This document shows positions 20,280 through 39,663 of a stretch of DNA of 64,000 bases, in pieces (positions within the stretch are counted from its first letter, which is position 1; every line of letters begins with the position of its first letter). The DNA is from an uncultured Campylobacterales bacterium (GTDB lineage: Bacteria > Campylobacterota > Campylobacteria > Campylobacterales > Arcobacteraceae), in contig CANNFB010000013.1 in the NCBI GenBank assembly GCA_947503785.1, positions 780-64,779 of the forward strand. The letters are read 5' to 3'. The notes beneath the pieces were generated by a model, which had not been told where the DNA came from, searched no databases, and saw only the letters and a program-made list of their open reading frames with translations. The position numbers and the translations under genes were made by a program.

Positions 20280-20969
20280 ATGGCAAAAAGATATAAATCA
20301 TTAAAAGAAAAAATTGAATTAAGAGATTACTCTCTTGCTGATACTTGTAATTTATTAAAAGAATTAAAGTCTACAAAATTTGACGAAAGTGTTGAAGTTG
20401 CACTTAACTTAAATGTTGATCCAAGACATGCTGACCAAATGATTAGAGGTGCAGTTGTACTTCCAAATGGTACAGGTAAAACTGTTAGAGTTGCAGTTTT
20501 TGCAAAAGGTGTTAAAGTTGACGAAGCAAAAGCTGCTGGTGCTGATATTGTTGGTAACGACGATTTAGTTGAAACAGTTATGGCTGGAAATATTGATTTT
20601 GATGTTTTAATTGCAACTCCTGATTGTATGGGACTTGTTGGAAAACTAGGTAGAGTTTTAGGACCAAAAGGTTTAATGCCTAATCCTAAAGTTGGAACAG
20701 TTACTATGGACGTTACTAAAGCAGTTAATGATGCTAAAGGTGGTCAAGTAGCTTATAGAGTTGATAAAAAAGGTAACATGCAAGCTGCAGTTGGAAAGAT
20801 TTCTTTCTCTACTGAAGCAATCAAAGAAAATATTGAAGCATTTGTTGCAGCTATCAACAAACAAAAACCAGCATCTGCAAAAGGTAGATATATATCTAAT
20901 GCAGCTGTTTCATTAACTATGTCACCATCAATTAACGTTGATGCTTCAGAATTAATGGATATTAAATAA
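20280..20969 (+). CDS. rplA: 50S ribosomal protein L1
   Basis: [29 protein letters not shown]. Start taken as ATG 20280 after the GGAG RBS. Confidence 0.98.
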   Translation: MAKRYKSLKEKIELRDYSLADTCNLLKELKSTKFDESVEVALNLNVDPRHADQMIRGAVVLPNGTGKTVRVAVFAKGVKVDEAKAAGADIVGNDDLVETVMAGNIDFDVLIATPDCMGLVGKLGRVLGPKGLMPNPKVGTVTMDVTKAVNDAKGGQVAYRVDKKGNMQAAVGKISFSTEAIKENIEAFVAAINKQKPASAKGRYISNAAVSLTMSPSINVDASELMDIK

Positions 20970-20995
20970 GGATTTTTTCCTTATTTAATTTTTTT
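20961..20995 (+). terminator. Intrinsic terminator after rplA
   Basis: ATTAAATAAGGA-TTTTT-TCCTTATTTAAT followed by a T-run. Confidence 0.65.
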
Positions 20996-21052
20996 AACAT
21001 TCAATAATACAGATAAAGTATCTTTATTATTGAGTGTTCAAAGCACTGAAAT

Positions 21053-21120
21053 AAAAACTGAAGACAGTGGGTTAGATTCGTTCCTCGTTTCTAATAAGTC
21101 CTACCGAAGTCGATGTTTTG
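21053..21120 (+). promoter_or_regulatory. L10 leader (L10/L12 autoregulatory RNA)
   Basis: AAAAC/GTTTT outer stem, GAAGAC..CGAAGTC internal motif, GTGGG/CCTAC and TTAGA/TCTAA stems, directly upstream of the rplJ RBS; matches the known L10-leader layout. Confidence 0.75.
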
Positions 21121-21133
21121 AGAGGAGAATCGT

Positions 21134-21622
21134 ATGAATAAACAACAAAAATTTGAAATAATTGAAAATTTAACATCTGAATTTAAAAATTCTCAAGCTA
21201 TTGTAGTATGTGGTTATAATGGAATTACTCATAAAGAGTTAGAATCATTAAGAATCGATGCTAGAGCTAACGGAACAAAAGTTCAAGTTGCTAAAAATAC
21301 TCTTGTAACTGTAGCAGTTAAAAATGCTGAGTTAGGAGATGTAGCCTTAACTGGTACAAATATTTTCTTATGGTCTGAAGATCAAATCTCTGCTTGTAAA
21401 GTAGCAGATACATTTGCTTCATCTAAAAAAGGAAAATTTGAGATCAAATCAGGGATTATTGAAGGTAAGATTGCAGATCTTGCAACTGTTAATGCATTCG
21501 CTAAGTTACCATCTAGAGATGAGCTTCTTGGTATGCTTGCAGCTACTTGGATGGCACCACTTACAAACTTTACTATTGGGCTTGATGCTCTTAGAAAGAA
21601 AAAAGAAGAAGAAGCAGCTTAA
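21134..21622 (+). CDS. rplJ: 50S ribosomal protein L10
   Basis: VAKNTL, KLPSRDELLGML; position in rplKAJL. Confidence 0.97.
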   Translation: MNKQQKFEIIENLTSEFKNSQAIVVCGYNGITHKELESLRIDARANGTKVQVAKNTLVTVAVKNAELGDVALTGTNIFLWSEDQISACKVADTFASSKKGKFEIKSGIIEGKIADLATVNAFAKLPSRDELLGMLAATWMAPLTNFTIGLDALRKKKEEEAA

Positions 21623-21678
21623 TTATATTAAGCTCTTAGTAAAATAAAAAAATAAATATAAAGAATAAGGAATAATAA

Positions 21679-22050
21679 ATGGCAATTTCTAAAGAAGACG
21701 TATTAGAATATATCTCTGGATTATCTGTACTTGAATTATCAGAATTAGTTAAAGAATTTGAAGAAAAATTTGGTGTATCTGCACAACCTGTTGCAGTAGC
21801 TGGTGTAGCTGGTGGAGCTGTTGAAGCTGCTGAAGAAAAGACTGAATTTGATGTTATTATCAAAGATCCAGGTGCTAAAAAAATTAACGTTATTAAAGTT
21901 ATTAGAGCGTTAACTGGTTTAGGATTAAAAGAAGCAAAAGCTGCTGCTGAAGAAGCTGGTGCAGTAATTAAAGAAGGTGTTTCTAAAGAAGATGCAGAAG
22001 CTGCAAAAGCTGAATTAGAAGCTGCTGGAGCAACTGTAGAAGTTAAATAA
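21679..22050 (+). CDS. rplL: 50S ribosomal protein L7/L12
   Basis: [25 protein letters not shown]. Confidence 0.99.
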   Translation: MAISKEDVLEYISGLSVLELSELVKEFEEKFGVSAQPVAVAGVAGGAVEAAEEKTEFDVIIKDPGAKKINVIKVIRALTGLGLKEAKAAAEEAGAVIKEGVSKEDAEAAKAELEAAGATVEVK

Positions 22051-22202
22051 TTACACTTGTAATTTTATAAACTTGTTATACAAGGCTATACGCCTTGTAT
22101 AAAGAATAGCATCTTTGAAGGCTAAGGTTAGAATTTAACGAAATTTTAACCCTATCCTTTACGGATGCTTTTGTGCTTTATATGCTATAAAGCAAAAATT
22201 AA

Positions 22203-30894
<8,692 letters not shown>

Positions 30895-30900
30895 ATAATA

Positions 30901-30930
30901 AACAATAAGGCTTTGCCTTATTGTTAGTTT
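30901..30930 (+). terminator. Intrinsic terminator after rpoC
   Basis: AACAATAAGGC-TTT-GCCTTATTGTT followed by AGTTT. Confidence 0.75.
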
Positions 30931-30935
30931 ATTTT

Positions 30936-31322
30936 ATGGATATACTTTCCTTACTACTTATTTTTATAGCTGTTGAATTATTTGAATCAAACTGGCAAAA
31001 GTCAGATTCAATGTATGGATTAATTTCTAATAATTTTACGATGTATAAAAAAAGTATTTTTTTATACTTTACCTTACATCTTTCATTTTTTTATGTAATT
31101 TTTGTTTCTATTTATTTAAATAACTTTTCATTTTGGATGAGTTCAATATTAGTTATAAAGTTCTTAGATATAGCCTTTAAATTAAATATGATGCAAAAAC
31201 TTTCTAATGGTTCATCTTTAGAAGATGTAATGCCAATTAATATGAAAATGACGCCAATATTTAGATATATGAATGTATTGATATACCCACTCTCTTTTAT
31301 GTTTGCTGTTGGATTAATTTAA
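30936..31322 (+). CDS. Hypothetical membrane protein (about 4 TM)
   Basis: Hydrophobic ORF; ATG 30936 preferred because TTG 30921 lies inside the terminator stem. Confidence 0.7.
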   Translation: MDILSLLLIFIAVELFESNWQKSDSMYGLISNNFTMYKKSIFLYFTLHLSFFYVIFVSIYLNNFSFWMSSILVIKFLDIAFKLNMMQKLSNGSSLEDVMPINMKMTPIFRYMNVLIYPLSFMFAVGLI

Positions 31323-31405
31323 TAATTACAAAAATATAAACAAAATTTTAATTTTATCACATATATATTTTGCTAATATGCTAATATAAATAAAAAAGGA
31401 TATAC

Positions 31406-31693
31406 ATGCAATATTTAATAATCGCTTATGACAATGAGGGTGTAATTGATAAAAGAATGGAAGCTAGACCTGTTCATGTTGAAACAACTCAAAAATTAAT
31501 GAGTGAAGGTAAAATCATTAGTGCTTGTGCAATGATTGAAGAAGATGAAATGGTTGGATCTTCAGTATTAACAAACTTTGAAAGCGAAGATGAGTTAAAT
31601 GCTTGGTTAGAAAGCGAACCTTATGTAATAAGTGGAGTTTGGAATATGGATGAAATTCAAATTGTACCTGTAAAAATTATGCCAAAGGCATAA
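31406..31693 (+). CDS. YciI-family protein
   Basis: YLIIAYD..RMEARPVH..GS..FES....W...EPYV..GVW pattern; AAGGA RBS. Confidence 0.85.
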   Translation: MQYLIIAYDNEGVIDKRMEARPVHVETTQKLMSEGKIISACAMIEEDEMVGSSVLTNFESEDELNAWLESEPYVISGVWNMDEIQIVPVKIMPKA

Positions 31694-31694
31694 A

Positions 31695-32261
31695 ATGATT
31701 GAATTAAGAAAAGGAAGATTACTTGATATTCCAGCAGTTTTAGAATTACATTTTAAATATCAAATTGATTCAATTAAAGAAGAAGATAAAAAAGATGGAT
31801 TTGTTACAACTGCTTTTACAAAAGAAGAATTAACTTCTTTAATAGAAAATGAAAATGGCCTTTTTTTATGTTTTGTAAATAATGAGTTAGTTGCTTATGT
31901 TATGTGTGCATCTTGGTCTTTTTGGTCTGTATGGCCAATGTTTAAATATATGTTAAAGGATTTACGAAACTTGACATATAAAGGGGTAGGATTAACAGAA
32001 TTTAATTCTTACCAATATGGTCCAATTTGTATTGATAAATCACAAAGAGGAACAGATGTATTAACTTTACTTTTTGATTATGCTAGAGAAGAAATGAATT
32101 CAAAATATCCAATACTAGTTACTTTTATAAATAAGAATAACCCAAGATCTTTTCAAGCACATACAAGAAAGCTAGGTCTTGAAGTTATTAATGAATTTGA
32201 ATTTAACAATAATCAATACTATGAATTAGTTTACGATACATCAGTTAAACTTCCTTCTTAA
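31695..32261 (+). CDS. GNAT-family acetyltransferase
   Basis: YQYGPICIDKSQRG (acetyl-CoA motif A), FINKNNPRS..AH..KLG (motif B). Confidence 0.8.
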   Translation: MIELRKGRLLDIPAVLELHFKYQIDSIKEEDKKDGFVTTAFTKEELTSLIENENGLFLCFVNNELVAYVMCASWSFWSVWPMFKYMLKDLRNLTYKGVGLTEFNSYQYGPICIDKSQRGTDVLTLLFDYAREEMNSKYPILVTFINKNNPRSFQAHTRKLGLEVINEFEFNNNQYYELVYDTSVKLPS

Positions 32262-32318
32262 TAGTATCTATAATAAATATTACTAATTTACTGTATACTT
32301 TATTTTATAGGAGTTTTT

Positions 32319-33131
32319 ATGGGAAATATTATCTATCATTATTGTAGTGTTGAATCTTTTAGAGCAATAATTCAAAATAAAACATTATGGTTAAGCTCTG
32401 TATATAATTTAAATGACTATAAAGAGATTCATTGGATTAAAGACAAAATTTTTAAAAAAATTAAAATTTCTATTACTAAAGATAACTTCATAAAATATAA
32501 AAATTTTGAAGAGTTATATTCTAATCAACTTCCAAACGTATATATTGCATCTTTTTCTGAAGGTTCTGATTTATTAAGTCAATGGCGTGCATATGCAAAT
32601 GATGGTTACGGAGTTGCTATTGGATTCAATAGTGAGTATTTTAAAGAAAATAACTTAGTTCAAACATCAACTGTATTATATGATGAAAAAGCCCAAGAAA
32701 AACAAATTGATTTAATATTAGAGCCATTAGAGAAACTAGATGATAATATTGATATTGAATCTACAGAATTTACTAAAATCTGCAAATCAATCATAACTGA
32801 TATTAATAACTTATCAGCAAAATCAAAAAATGAACTTTTTAAAGAAGAACAAGAAGTTAGACTAATTCATACTCCAAAAATAATAGATGATAAAGAAAAG
32901 AAAAGATTTATTTTTGAAGATAATCTATCTCAAATGATGTTTCGTTCTGTCTGTGGAAATCTAATTCCATATTTTGAATTAAAGTTTGATAAAGAAAAAG
33001 AAGCTCCCGTTATATTAGAAATTATAAAGGGTCCTAAAAATAAGTTTATTAATGAGGAAGCAAAAATATTTCTTTCAAATAATGGTTTTTATTCTGTTGA
33101 TATAAAAAGTTCTAAATCATCTTATAGATAA
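32319..33131 (+). CDS. DUF2971-domain protein
   Basis: YHYCS, LNDYKE, SFSEGSDLLSQWRAYA..G.GVAIGF, K..F.EEQEVR, IPYFEL, GPK pattern recognised by eye. Confidence 0.75.
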   Translation: MGNIIYHYCSVESFRAIIQNKTLWLSSVYNLNDYKEIHWIKDKIFKKIKISITKDNFIKYKNFEELYSNQLPNVYIASFSEGSDLLSQWRAYANDGYGVAIGFNSEYFKENNLVQTSTVLYDEKAQEKQIDLILEPLEKLDDNIDIESTEFTKICKSIITDINNLSAKSKNELFKEEQEVRLIHTPKIIDDKEKKRFIFEDNLSQMMFRSVCGNLIPYFELKFDKEKEAPVILEIIKGPKNKFINEEAKIFLSNNGFYSVDIKSSKSSYR

Positions 33132-33182
33132 AAGGTATTTTATTTAGCTATAATTGCATTTATAAAATACAATAGGATAAAT

Positions 33183-33665
33183 ATGAAATTTAATGATTTA
33201 GATTTAAATGCAAAAAAAGAACTTAATATACAAATAAATGAATATGCAAATAGTATTGGTGGTATAAACTTTTTTCTTCAAATGATTGAAGATGTAAGAG
33301 CTGAAAAACCAAGTGCACTATTAAATAAAACAGCAATATACCATTATAAAAATGGAAAAATCACTTGGTCAAAATCTATATACAAAGATACTTTAACTTT
33401 ACTATTTTCAGCGATGAGAAAAGAAGATAAAGATGGTGATATCTTAAATGGTTTAAATCCAAAAGTATATAAAGAAACAATGAATATGATGCGAACTTTA
33501 AAACCTGTTACTCTTTCAATTTCATCTGAAGATAATACAGTTGGATTTACAGTTGATATTTTAGATTCAAGCGAACCAAAGAAAACAAAAGTTGATTTAA
33601 TGTTTAAAATTATTTTCTTTTATAATATAGAGTTTGCAAAAGACGCTTTATCTTTTAAAGCTTAG
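33183..33665 (+). CDS. Hypothetical protein
   Basis: 160 aa ORF with AGGA RBS and a TATAAT at 33149-33154; no recognised motif. Confidence 0.75.
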   Translation: MKFNDLDLNAKKELNIQINEYANSIGGINFFLQMIEDVRAEKPSALLNKTAIYHYKNGKITWSKSIYKDTLTLLFSAMRKEDKDGDILNGLNPKVYKETMNMMRTLKPVTLSISSEDNTVGFTVDILDSSEPKKTKVDLMFKIIFFYNIEFAKDALSFKA

Positions 33666-33674
33666 GATTTTATT

Positions 33675-33866
33675 ATGAATGGAAAAAAGAGATTCGATAT
33701 TAAACCTGGACTTAAAGTAAAAATAGTTTTAAAACAAGATCAAAGATCTGGAAAATTAACAGAAGGTGTTGTGAAAGATATCTTAACTAATTCTCCAACT
33801 CACCCTCATGGAATAAAAGTGCGTACAATATCAGGTGATGTTGGACGAGTACAAGAAATAATCTAA
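33675..33866 (+). CDS. YwbE-family (DUF2196) small protein
   Basis: IKPGLKV.IVLKQDQRSGKLTEG.V.DILTNS..HPHGIKV...G.VGRVQ. Confidence 0.9.
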   Translation: MNGKKRFDIKPGLKVKIVLKQDQRSGKLTEGVVKDILTNSPTHPHGIKVRTISGDVGRVQEII

Positions 33867-33925
33867 CCTTTAAGCTAAAAATACTAATAAAAACTTACCT
33901 AAAGAACAATTAAGAATAACTTCAG

Positions 33926-33931
33926 TATAAT
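33926..33931 (+). promoter_or_regulatory. -10 box of the str (rpsL-rpsG-fusA) operon
   Basis: cagTATAATccc with TTAAG upstream, about 180 nt before the rpsL ATG. Confidence 0.6.
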
Positions 33932-34109
33932 CCCTCTACTTTTTAGAAAACCTAATTGTTTCTCTAGAATGGAAGTATCGTTTCAACATTATGTTGAAGA
34001 CAAACGAGAAGCATGAGCATTGCTTTAATTGCTCTAACCAAATAAATAGAGAGTCTCACATATTATTCAATATTAATAGATTGCTCTACAACAATAATAA
34101 AGGGAAAGA

Positions 34110-34484
34110 ATGCCAACTATCAATCAACTTGTTAGAAATGAGCGAAAAAGAGTGATTAAGAAATCTAAATCACCTGCACTTGACAAATGTCCACAAAGAA
34201 GAGGGGTTTGTACTAGAGTATATACTACAACTCCAAAAAAACCTAACTCGGCTTTAAGAAAAGTTGCAAAAGTTAGATTAACTACTGGTTTTGAAGTTAT
34301 TTCATATATCGGTGGAGAAGGTCATAACCTTCAAGAACACTCGATTGTATTAGTAAGAGGGGGTAGAATTAAAGATTTACCTGGTGTTAAATATCATATT
34401 GTTCGTGGTGCTTTAGATACTGCTGGTGTTGCCGGTAGAACTGTTGCAAGATCTAAATATGGTACTAAAAAACCAAAAAAATAA
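34110..34484 (+). CDS. rpsL: 30S ribosomal protein S12
   Basis: [27 protein letters not shown]. Confidence 0.99.
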   Translation: MPTINQLVRNERKRVIKKSKSPALDKCPQRRGVCTRVYTTTPKKPNSALRKVAKVRLTTGFEVISYIGGEGHNLQEHSIVLVRGGRIKDLPGVKYHIVRGALDTAGVAGRTVARSKYGTKKPKK

Positions 34485-34488
34485 GTAG

Positions 34489-34968
<480 letters not shown>

Positions 34969-34977
34969 GGAATTAAG

Positions 34978-37086
34978 ATGGCAAGAGTTACACCACTTAA
35001 CAGACTTAGAAATATCGGAATTGCTGCTCATATTGATGCAGGTAAAACTACAACAACTGAAAGAATTTTATTCTATACAGGTGTTGAGCATAAAATTGGT
35101 GAAGTACATGATGGTGCTGCAACAATGGACTGGATGGAACAAGAGCAAGAAAGAGGTATTACAATTACTTCTGCTGCTACAACTTGTCACTGGAAACACC
35201 CAAAAACTAACGATGACTTAATGATCAATATTATTGATACACCAGGTCACGTTGACTTCACTATTGAAGTTGAGAGATCTATGAGAGTACTTGATGGTGC
35301 TGTTGCAGTTTTCTGTTCAGTTGGTGGGGTTCAACCACAATCTGAAACTGTTTGGAGACAAGCTAACAAATATAGAGTTCCTAGAATGATTTTTGTTAAC
35401 AAAATGGATAGAACAGGTGCTGACTTCTTCAACGTTGAAGAGCAAGTTAACACTAGACTTAAGTCAAATGCTATTCCTATTCAAATTCCTATTGGTGCTG
35501 AAGAAAACTTCCAGGGTGTTGTTGATTTAGTACAAATGAAAGCAATTGTTTGGGATGTAGATGCTGCAATGGGTTCTAATTATCATGTTGAAGAAATTCC
35601 TGCTGATTTATTAGAAACTGCTACAACTTATAGAGAACAAATGGTTGAAGCTGCTGCTGAAGCTGACGATGAATTAATGGAAAAATACCTTGAAGGTGTT
35701 GAATTAACTGAAGATGAAATCGTTATGGGTCTTAAGAAAGGTTGTCTTAATATGACAATTACTCCAATGACTTGTGGTACTGCATTTAAAAACAAAGGTG
35801 TTCAAACTTTACTTGACGCAGTTGCAATGTACTTACCATCTCCATTAGAAGTTGAAGATATTAAAGGTGAAACTCAAGAAGGTGAACCTGTAATTGTACC
35901 ATCTACTGATGATGGTGAAGTTGCTGGTCTTGCATTCAAGATTATGACAGATCCTTTTGTTGGACAATTAACTTTCACAAGAATCTATAGAGGTGTTCTT
36001 AAGTCTGGTACTTATGTAATGAACTCAACTAAGATGAAAAAAGAAAGAATCGGAAGACTTCTTAAGATGCATGCAATCAAAAGAGAAGAAGTTAACGAAT
36101 TATATGCTGGAGAAATTGGTGCTGTTGTTGGTCTTAAAACAACAATTACTGGTGATACATTAGCATCTATTGAAGATCCTGTAATCTTAGAAAGAATGGA
36201 TTTCCCAGAACCAGTTATTTCTGTTGCAGTTGAACCAAAAACTAAAGCTGACCAAGAAAAAATGGGTATTGCTTTAGGAAAATTAGCTCAAGAAGATCCA
36301 TCATTTAGAGTTGCAACTGATGAAGAATCTGGACAAACTATTATTTCAGGAATGGGTGAATTACACCTTGAAATTCTTGTTGATAGAATGAAAAGAGAAT
36401 TCGCAGTTGAAGCTGAAGTTGGTGCTCCTCAAGTTGCATATAGAGAAACTATTAAAAATGAAATTAAACAAGAGTATAAATACGCTAAGCAATCTGGTGG
36501 TAAAGGTCAGTATGGTCATGTATATTTAACTATTACTCCATTACCTGCTGATTCTGAAGAAAACTATATCTTTACATCATCTATTAAAGGTGGGTCTGTT
36601 CCAAAAGAATACGTTCCTGCAGTTGATAAAGGTTGTGCTGAAGCTATGGCTGGTGGTATCCTTGCTGGTTATCCATTAGTTAATATTGCAGTTGATTTAT
36701 ATGATGGTTCTTACCATGATGTAGATTCATCTGAAATGGCATTTAAATTAGCTGCTTCAATGGGATTCAAAAAAGGTTGTAGATCAGACGCTGCTCAACC
36801 TGTAATTCTTGAACCTATTATGAAAGTAGAAATTGAAACTCCTGAAGATTATATGGGAGATGTTATCGGTGACGTTAACAAAAGAAGAGGACAAGTTCAA
36901 TCTATGGATGATAGAGCTGGTGTAAAACTAGTTGTAGCAATGATTCCTTTAGCTGAAATGTTCGGTTACTCTACAGACTTAAGATCTATGTCTCAAGGTA
37001 GAGCAACTTATTCTATGATTTTTGATAACTACATGGACGTTCCTAAGAATGTTTCTGAAGAAATCATTAAAAAGAGAAATGGTTAG
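34978..37086 (+). CDS. fusA: Elongation factor G
   Basis: [32 protein letters not shown]. Confidence 0.99.
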   Translation: MARVTPLNRLRNIGIAAHIDAGKTTTTERILFYTGVEHKIGEVHDGAATMDWMEQEQERGITITSAATTCHWKHPKTNDDLMINIIDTPGHVDFTIEVERSMRVLDGAVAVFCSVGGVQPQSETVWRQANKYRVPRMIFVNKMDRTGADFFNVEEQVNTRLKSNAIPIQIPIGAEENFQGVVDLVQMKAIVWDVDAAMGSNYHVEEIPADLLETATTYREQMVEAAAEADDELMEKYLEGVELTEDEIVMGLKKGCLNMTITPMTCGTAFKNKGVQTLLDAVAMYLPSPLEVEDIKGETQEGEPVIVPSTDDGEVAGLAFKIMTDPFVGQLTFTRIYRGVLKSGTYVMNSTKMKKERIGRLLKMHAIKREEVNELYAGEIGAVVGLKTTITGDTLASIEDPVILERMDFPEPVISVAVEPKTKADQEKMGIALGKLAQEDPSFRVATDEESGQTIISGMGELHLEILVDRMKREFAVEAEVGAPQVAYRETIKNEIKQEYKYAKQSGGKGQYGHVYLTITPLPADSEENYIFTSSIKGGSVPKEYVPAVDKGCAEAMAGGILAGYPLVNIAVDLYDGSYHDVDSSEMAFKLAASMGFKKGCRSDAAQPVILEPIMKVEIETPEDYMGDVIGDVNKRRGQVQSMDDRAGVKLVVAMIPLAEMFGYSTDLRSMSQGRATYSMIFDNYMDVPKNVSEEIIKKRNG

Positions 37087-37108
37087 TATTTAAATTACTT
37101 ACCTAATT

Positions 37109-37143
37109 AAAAAGCCTTATCTTCGGATAAGGCTTTTTTTTTA
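37109..37143 (+). terminator. Strong intrinsic terminator after fusA
   Basis: AAAAGCCTTATC-TTCG-GATAAGGCTTTTTTTTT. Confidence 0.92.
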
Positions 37144-37256
37144 TCTAATTTTTAATTATACAAAATCTAATAGTATGTTTTAAAAGTATTTATTATATAC
37201 TCATGACTAAAACTAGCAAAACAAGATTCCTTACATGAAAGATAGAGTTATTAACA

Positions 37257-38123
37257 TTGAAATTAAATAAAAACTTAGAATTATTAGCATCAACAAATAA
37301 AGCTGGAATTATATTAAGACCTTCAAGTCCTGAATTAAAAGAAGTCTATAATGATATAAAATCAATTTTTAAAAAAAATAGCATAGAAGTATTTTTAGAA
37401 AATGATTCTGCAGATATGATTGGTGAAATTGGTTTATCCTTAGATGAATTATGTAAAAAAGTAGATTTTTTAGTTTCTGTTGGTGGAGATGGAACTTTAT
37501 TGTCAGTTGTAAGAAAATCTTTTCACTATAATAAACCAGTTTTAGGCATAAACTTAGGAACGCTTGGTTTTCTAACAGATATATCTATGGATGAACTAGA
37601 AAACTTCTTGCAAGATTTTAAAAACTCTAAATATAGAATTGATAATCGTATGATGATAAAAGGTACAATTGATTCTAATAGTTTTGTAGCTTTTAATGAT
37701 ATTGTAATTTCAAGAAAATCTATATCTTCTATGATTAAAATAGATGCAAAAATTGATAATAAACATTTTAATTCCTATTATGGTGATGGAGTAATCATTT
37801 CAACTCCAACAGGTTCAACTGCATATAACTTATCAGTTGGTGGGCCTATTGTTTATCCTTTAACTGAAGCTTTTATTATAACTCCAATTGCTCCACATTC
37901 TTTAACTCAAAGACCACTAGTAATGCCAGCTGATTTCCAAATTGAATTTACAATTACAGATTCACAAGGTGCGGTTGTTATTGTTGATGGACAGGATATT
38001 TATGAAGCACAAGAGAATGAAACTATAAAAATAAAGATTTCAAATCAACATGCAAAAATGATACATAGATGTCAAAGAAACTATTTTGAAGTTTTAAGTG
38101 AAAAATTAAGATGGGGAAATTAA
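37257..38123 (+). CDS. nadK: NAD(+) kinase
   Basis: GGDGT, GTLGFL, NDIV, STPTGSTAYNLS.GGP. Confidence 0.95.
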   Translation: MKLNKNLELLASTNKAGIILRPSSPELKEVYNDIKSIFKKNSIEVFLENDSADMIGEIGLSLDELCKKVDFLVSVGGDGTLLSVVRKSFHYNKPVLGINLGTLGFLTDISMDELENFLQDFKNSKYRIDNRMMIKGTIDSNSFVAFNDIVISRKSISSMIKIDAKIDNKHFNSYYGDGVIISTPTGSTAYNLSVGGPIVYPLTEAFIITPIAPHSLTQRPLVMPADFQIEFTITDSQGAVVIVDGQDIYEAQENETIKIKISNQHAKMIHRCQRNYFEVLSEKLRWGN

Positions 38124-38127
38124 TTAT

Positions 38128-39663
38128 ATGATTAATAGAATTTATTTAAAAGATTGTTTATCTTTCAAAGAAATCGATTTAGAATTTAATAAAGGACTAA
38201 ATGTTTTCACAGGACCTAGTGGTGCTGGAAAATCAATACTAATGCAAGCAATTTTATCTTTATTTGCTCAAAGTGATGTTAGGGCAAGTTTAGGAGAAGT
38301 ATTAATAAGTGATTCTAAGATTATAGATGAATTATATGATTTAGAAGTAAATGATGATATTGTAATCAAAACTATAAAAAAAGAAAAAGTTAGATTTTTT
38401 ATAAATAATCAAACAATTTCTAAAAAGAATTTAAATACTTTTTCTTCTAAATTAATTAAGCATTTAAATTTAAGAGATACATCAGATTTTGAAAGCTTTA
38501 AATTACTGAATTTTTTAGATAAATTATCATCTTTAAATGATAAACAATTTATTGAAGTAAAAGAAAAATTTGATTTATTATATAAAGATCTTATTGTAGT
38601 AAAAAAAGAGCTTGAAAAAATACAAAATGACGAATTAAGAATTGAAGATTTAAAAGAGTTTGCAAAGTTTGAAATAGAAAAAATTGAAAGTATTAATCCA
38701 ACATTAGATGAATACGAAGAGTTGAATTTATTAAAAAGAAAACTTTCAAAAAAAGATAAAATCGAAGATGCAATTAAAGATGCAACAGAAATTTTAAACT
38801 ATCGACAGAGTGTTTCAAATACTTTAGAATTACTTGAAGTAGAGCCAAGTTTTTTTGATGAAACAATGAATGAACTAAATAATATATTTGAAAATTTTAA
38901 TGATTCATTATTTGAATTAGAAGATATTGATATTGAAACAGTTCTAAATAGAATTGAAAAATTATCATCTTTACAAAAAAGATTTGGTTCAATTGAATTA
39001 GCATTAGAGTATAAAGAAGAGAAAAAAAAAGAGCTTCTTTCTTATGATAATATTACCTTTGAAAAATCAGTTTTAGAAAAGAAAATTGATAAATTAACAA
39101 AAGAAGTAAACGTATTATCACTTGATATTTCATCATATAGAAAAAAAAGTGTTTTAATCCTTCAAGAAAAGATAAATGAATATTTAAAATTTCTATATTT
39201 GTCAAATGCAGAAATAACACTTCAAGAAAAAAAATTAGATTCACATGGCATTGATGAAGTTTATTTTGAATTAAATGGTGTTAATTTAAATACTATTAGT
39301 TCAGGGGAATATAATAGATTAAGATTAGCACTATTAACTTCAATGAGCGAATTTGATATTATTGAAAATGGTGTTTTATTTTTAGATGAAATTGATGCAA
39401 ACCTAAGTGGGAAAGAAAGTGATGCTATTGCAAATGTTTTATCAACATTAGCGAAATCTTACCAGATTTTTGCTATTTCACATCAACCACAACTAACATC
39501 TGCTTCAGCACAACATTTCCTAGTTGATAAAAAAGATGGTGTCTCAACTATTGCACTTTTAACAAAAGAAGAAAGAATAAATGAAATTGCAAGAATGATT
39601 AGTGGAGAAGAAATTACATCTAATGCAATAAAATTTGCAAAAAATCTTTTAATAAAAAAATAA
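38128..39663 (+). CDS. recN: DNA repair protein RecN
   Basis: TGPSGAGKS, coiled coil, SSGEYNR, LDEID, ISHQPQL; follows nadK. Confidence 0.93.
   Translation: MINRIYLKDCLSFKEIDLEFNKGLNVFTGPSGAGKSILMQAILSLFAQSDVRASLGEVLISDSKIIDELYDLEVNDDIVIKTIKKEKVRFFINNQTISKKNLNTFSSKLIKHLNLRDTSDFESFKLLNFLDKLSSLNDKQFIEVKEKFDLLYKDLIVVKKELEKIQNDELRIEDLKEFAKFEIEKIESINPTLDEYEELNLLKRKLSKKDKIEDAIKDATEILNYRQSVSNTLELLEVEPSFFDETMNELNNIFENFNDSLFELEDIDIETVLNRIEKLSSLQKRFGSIELALEYKEEKKKELLSYDNITFEKSVLEKKIDKLTKEVNVLSLDISSYRKKSVLILQEKINEYLKFLYLSNAEITLQEKKLDSHGIDEVYFELNGVNLNTISSGEYNRLRLALLTSMSEFDIIENGVLFLDEIDANLSGKESDAIANVLSTLAKSYQIFAISHQPQLTSASAQHFLVDKKDGVSTIALLTKEERINEIARMISGEEITSNAIKFAKNLLIKK

Noticed and set aside
30895-33900. 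Integron attC sites, IS ends or target duplications around the rpoC-rpsL block
   Set aside because: I found no repeated cassette-flanking motif, integrase or transposase by eye.
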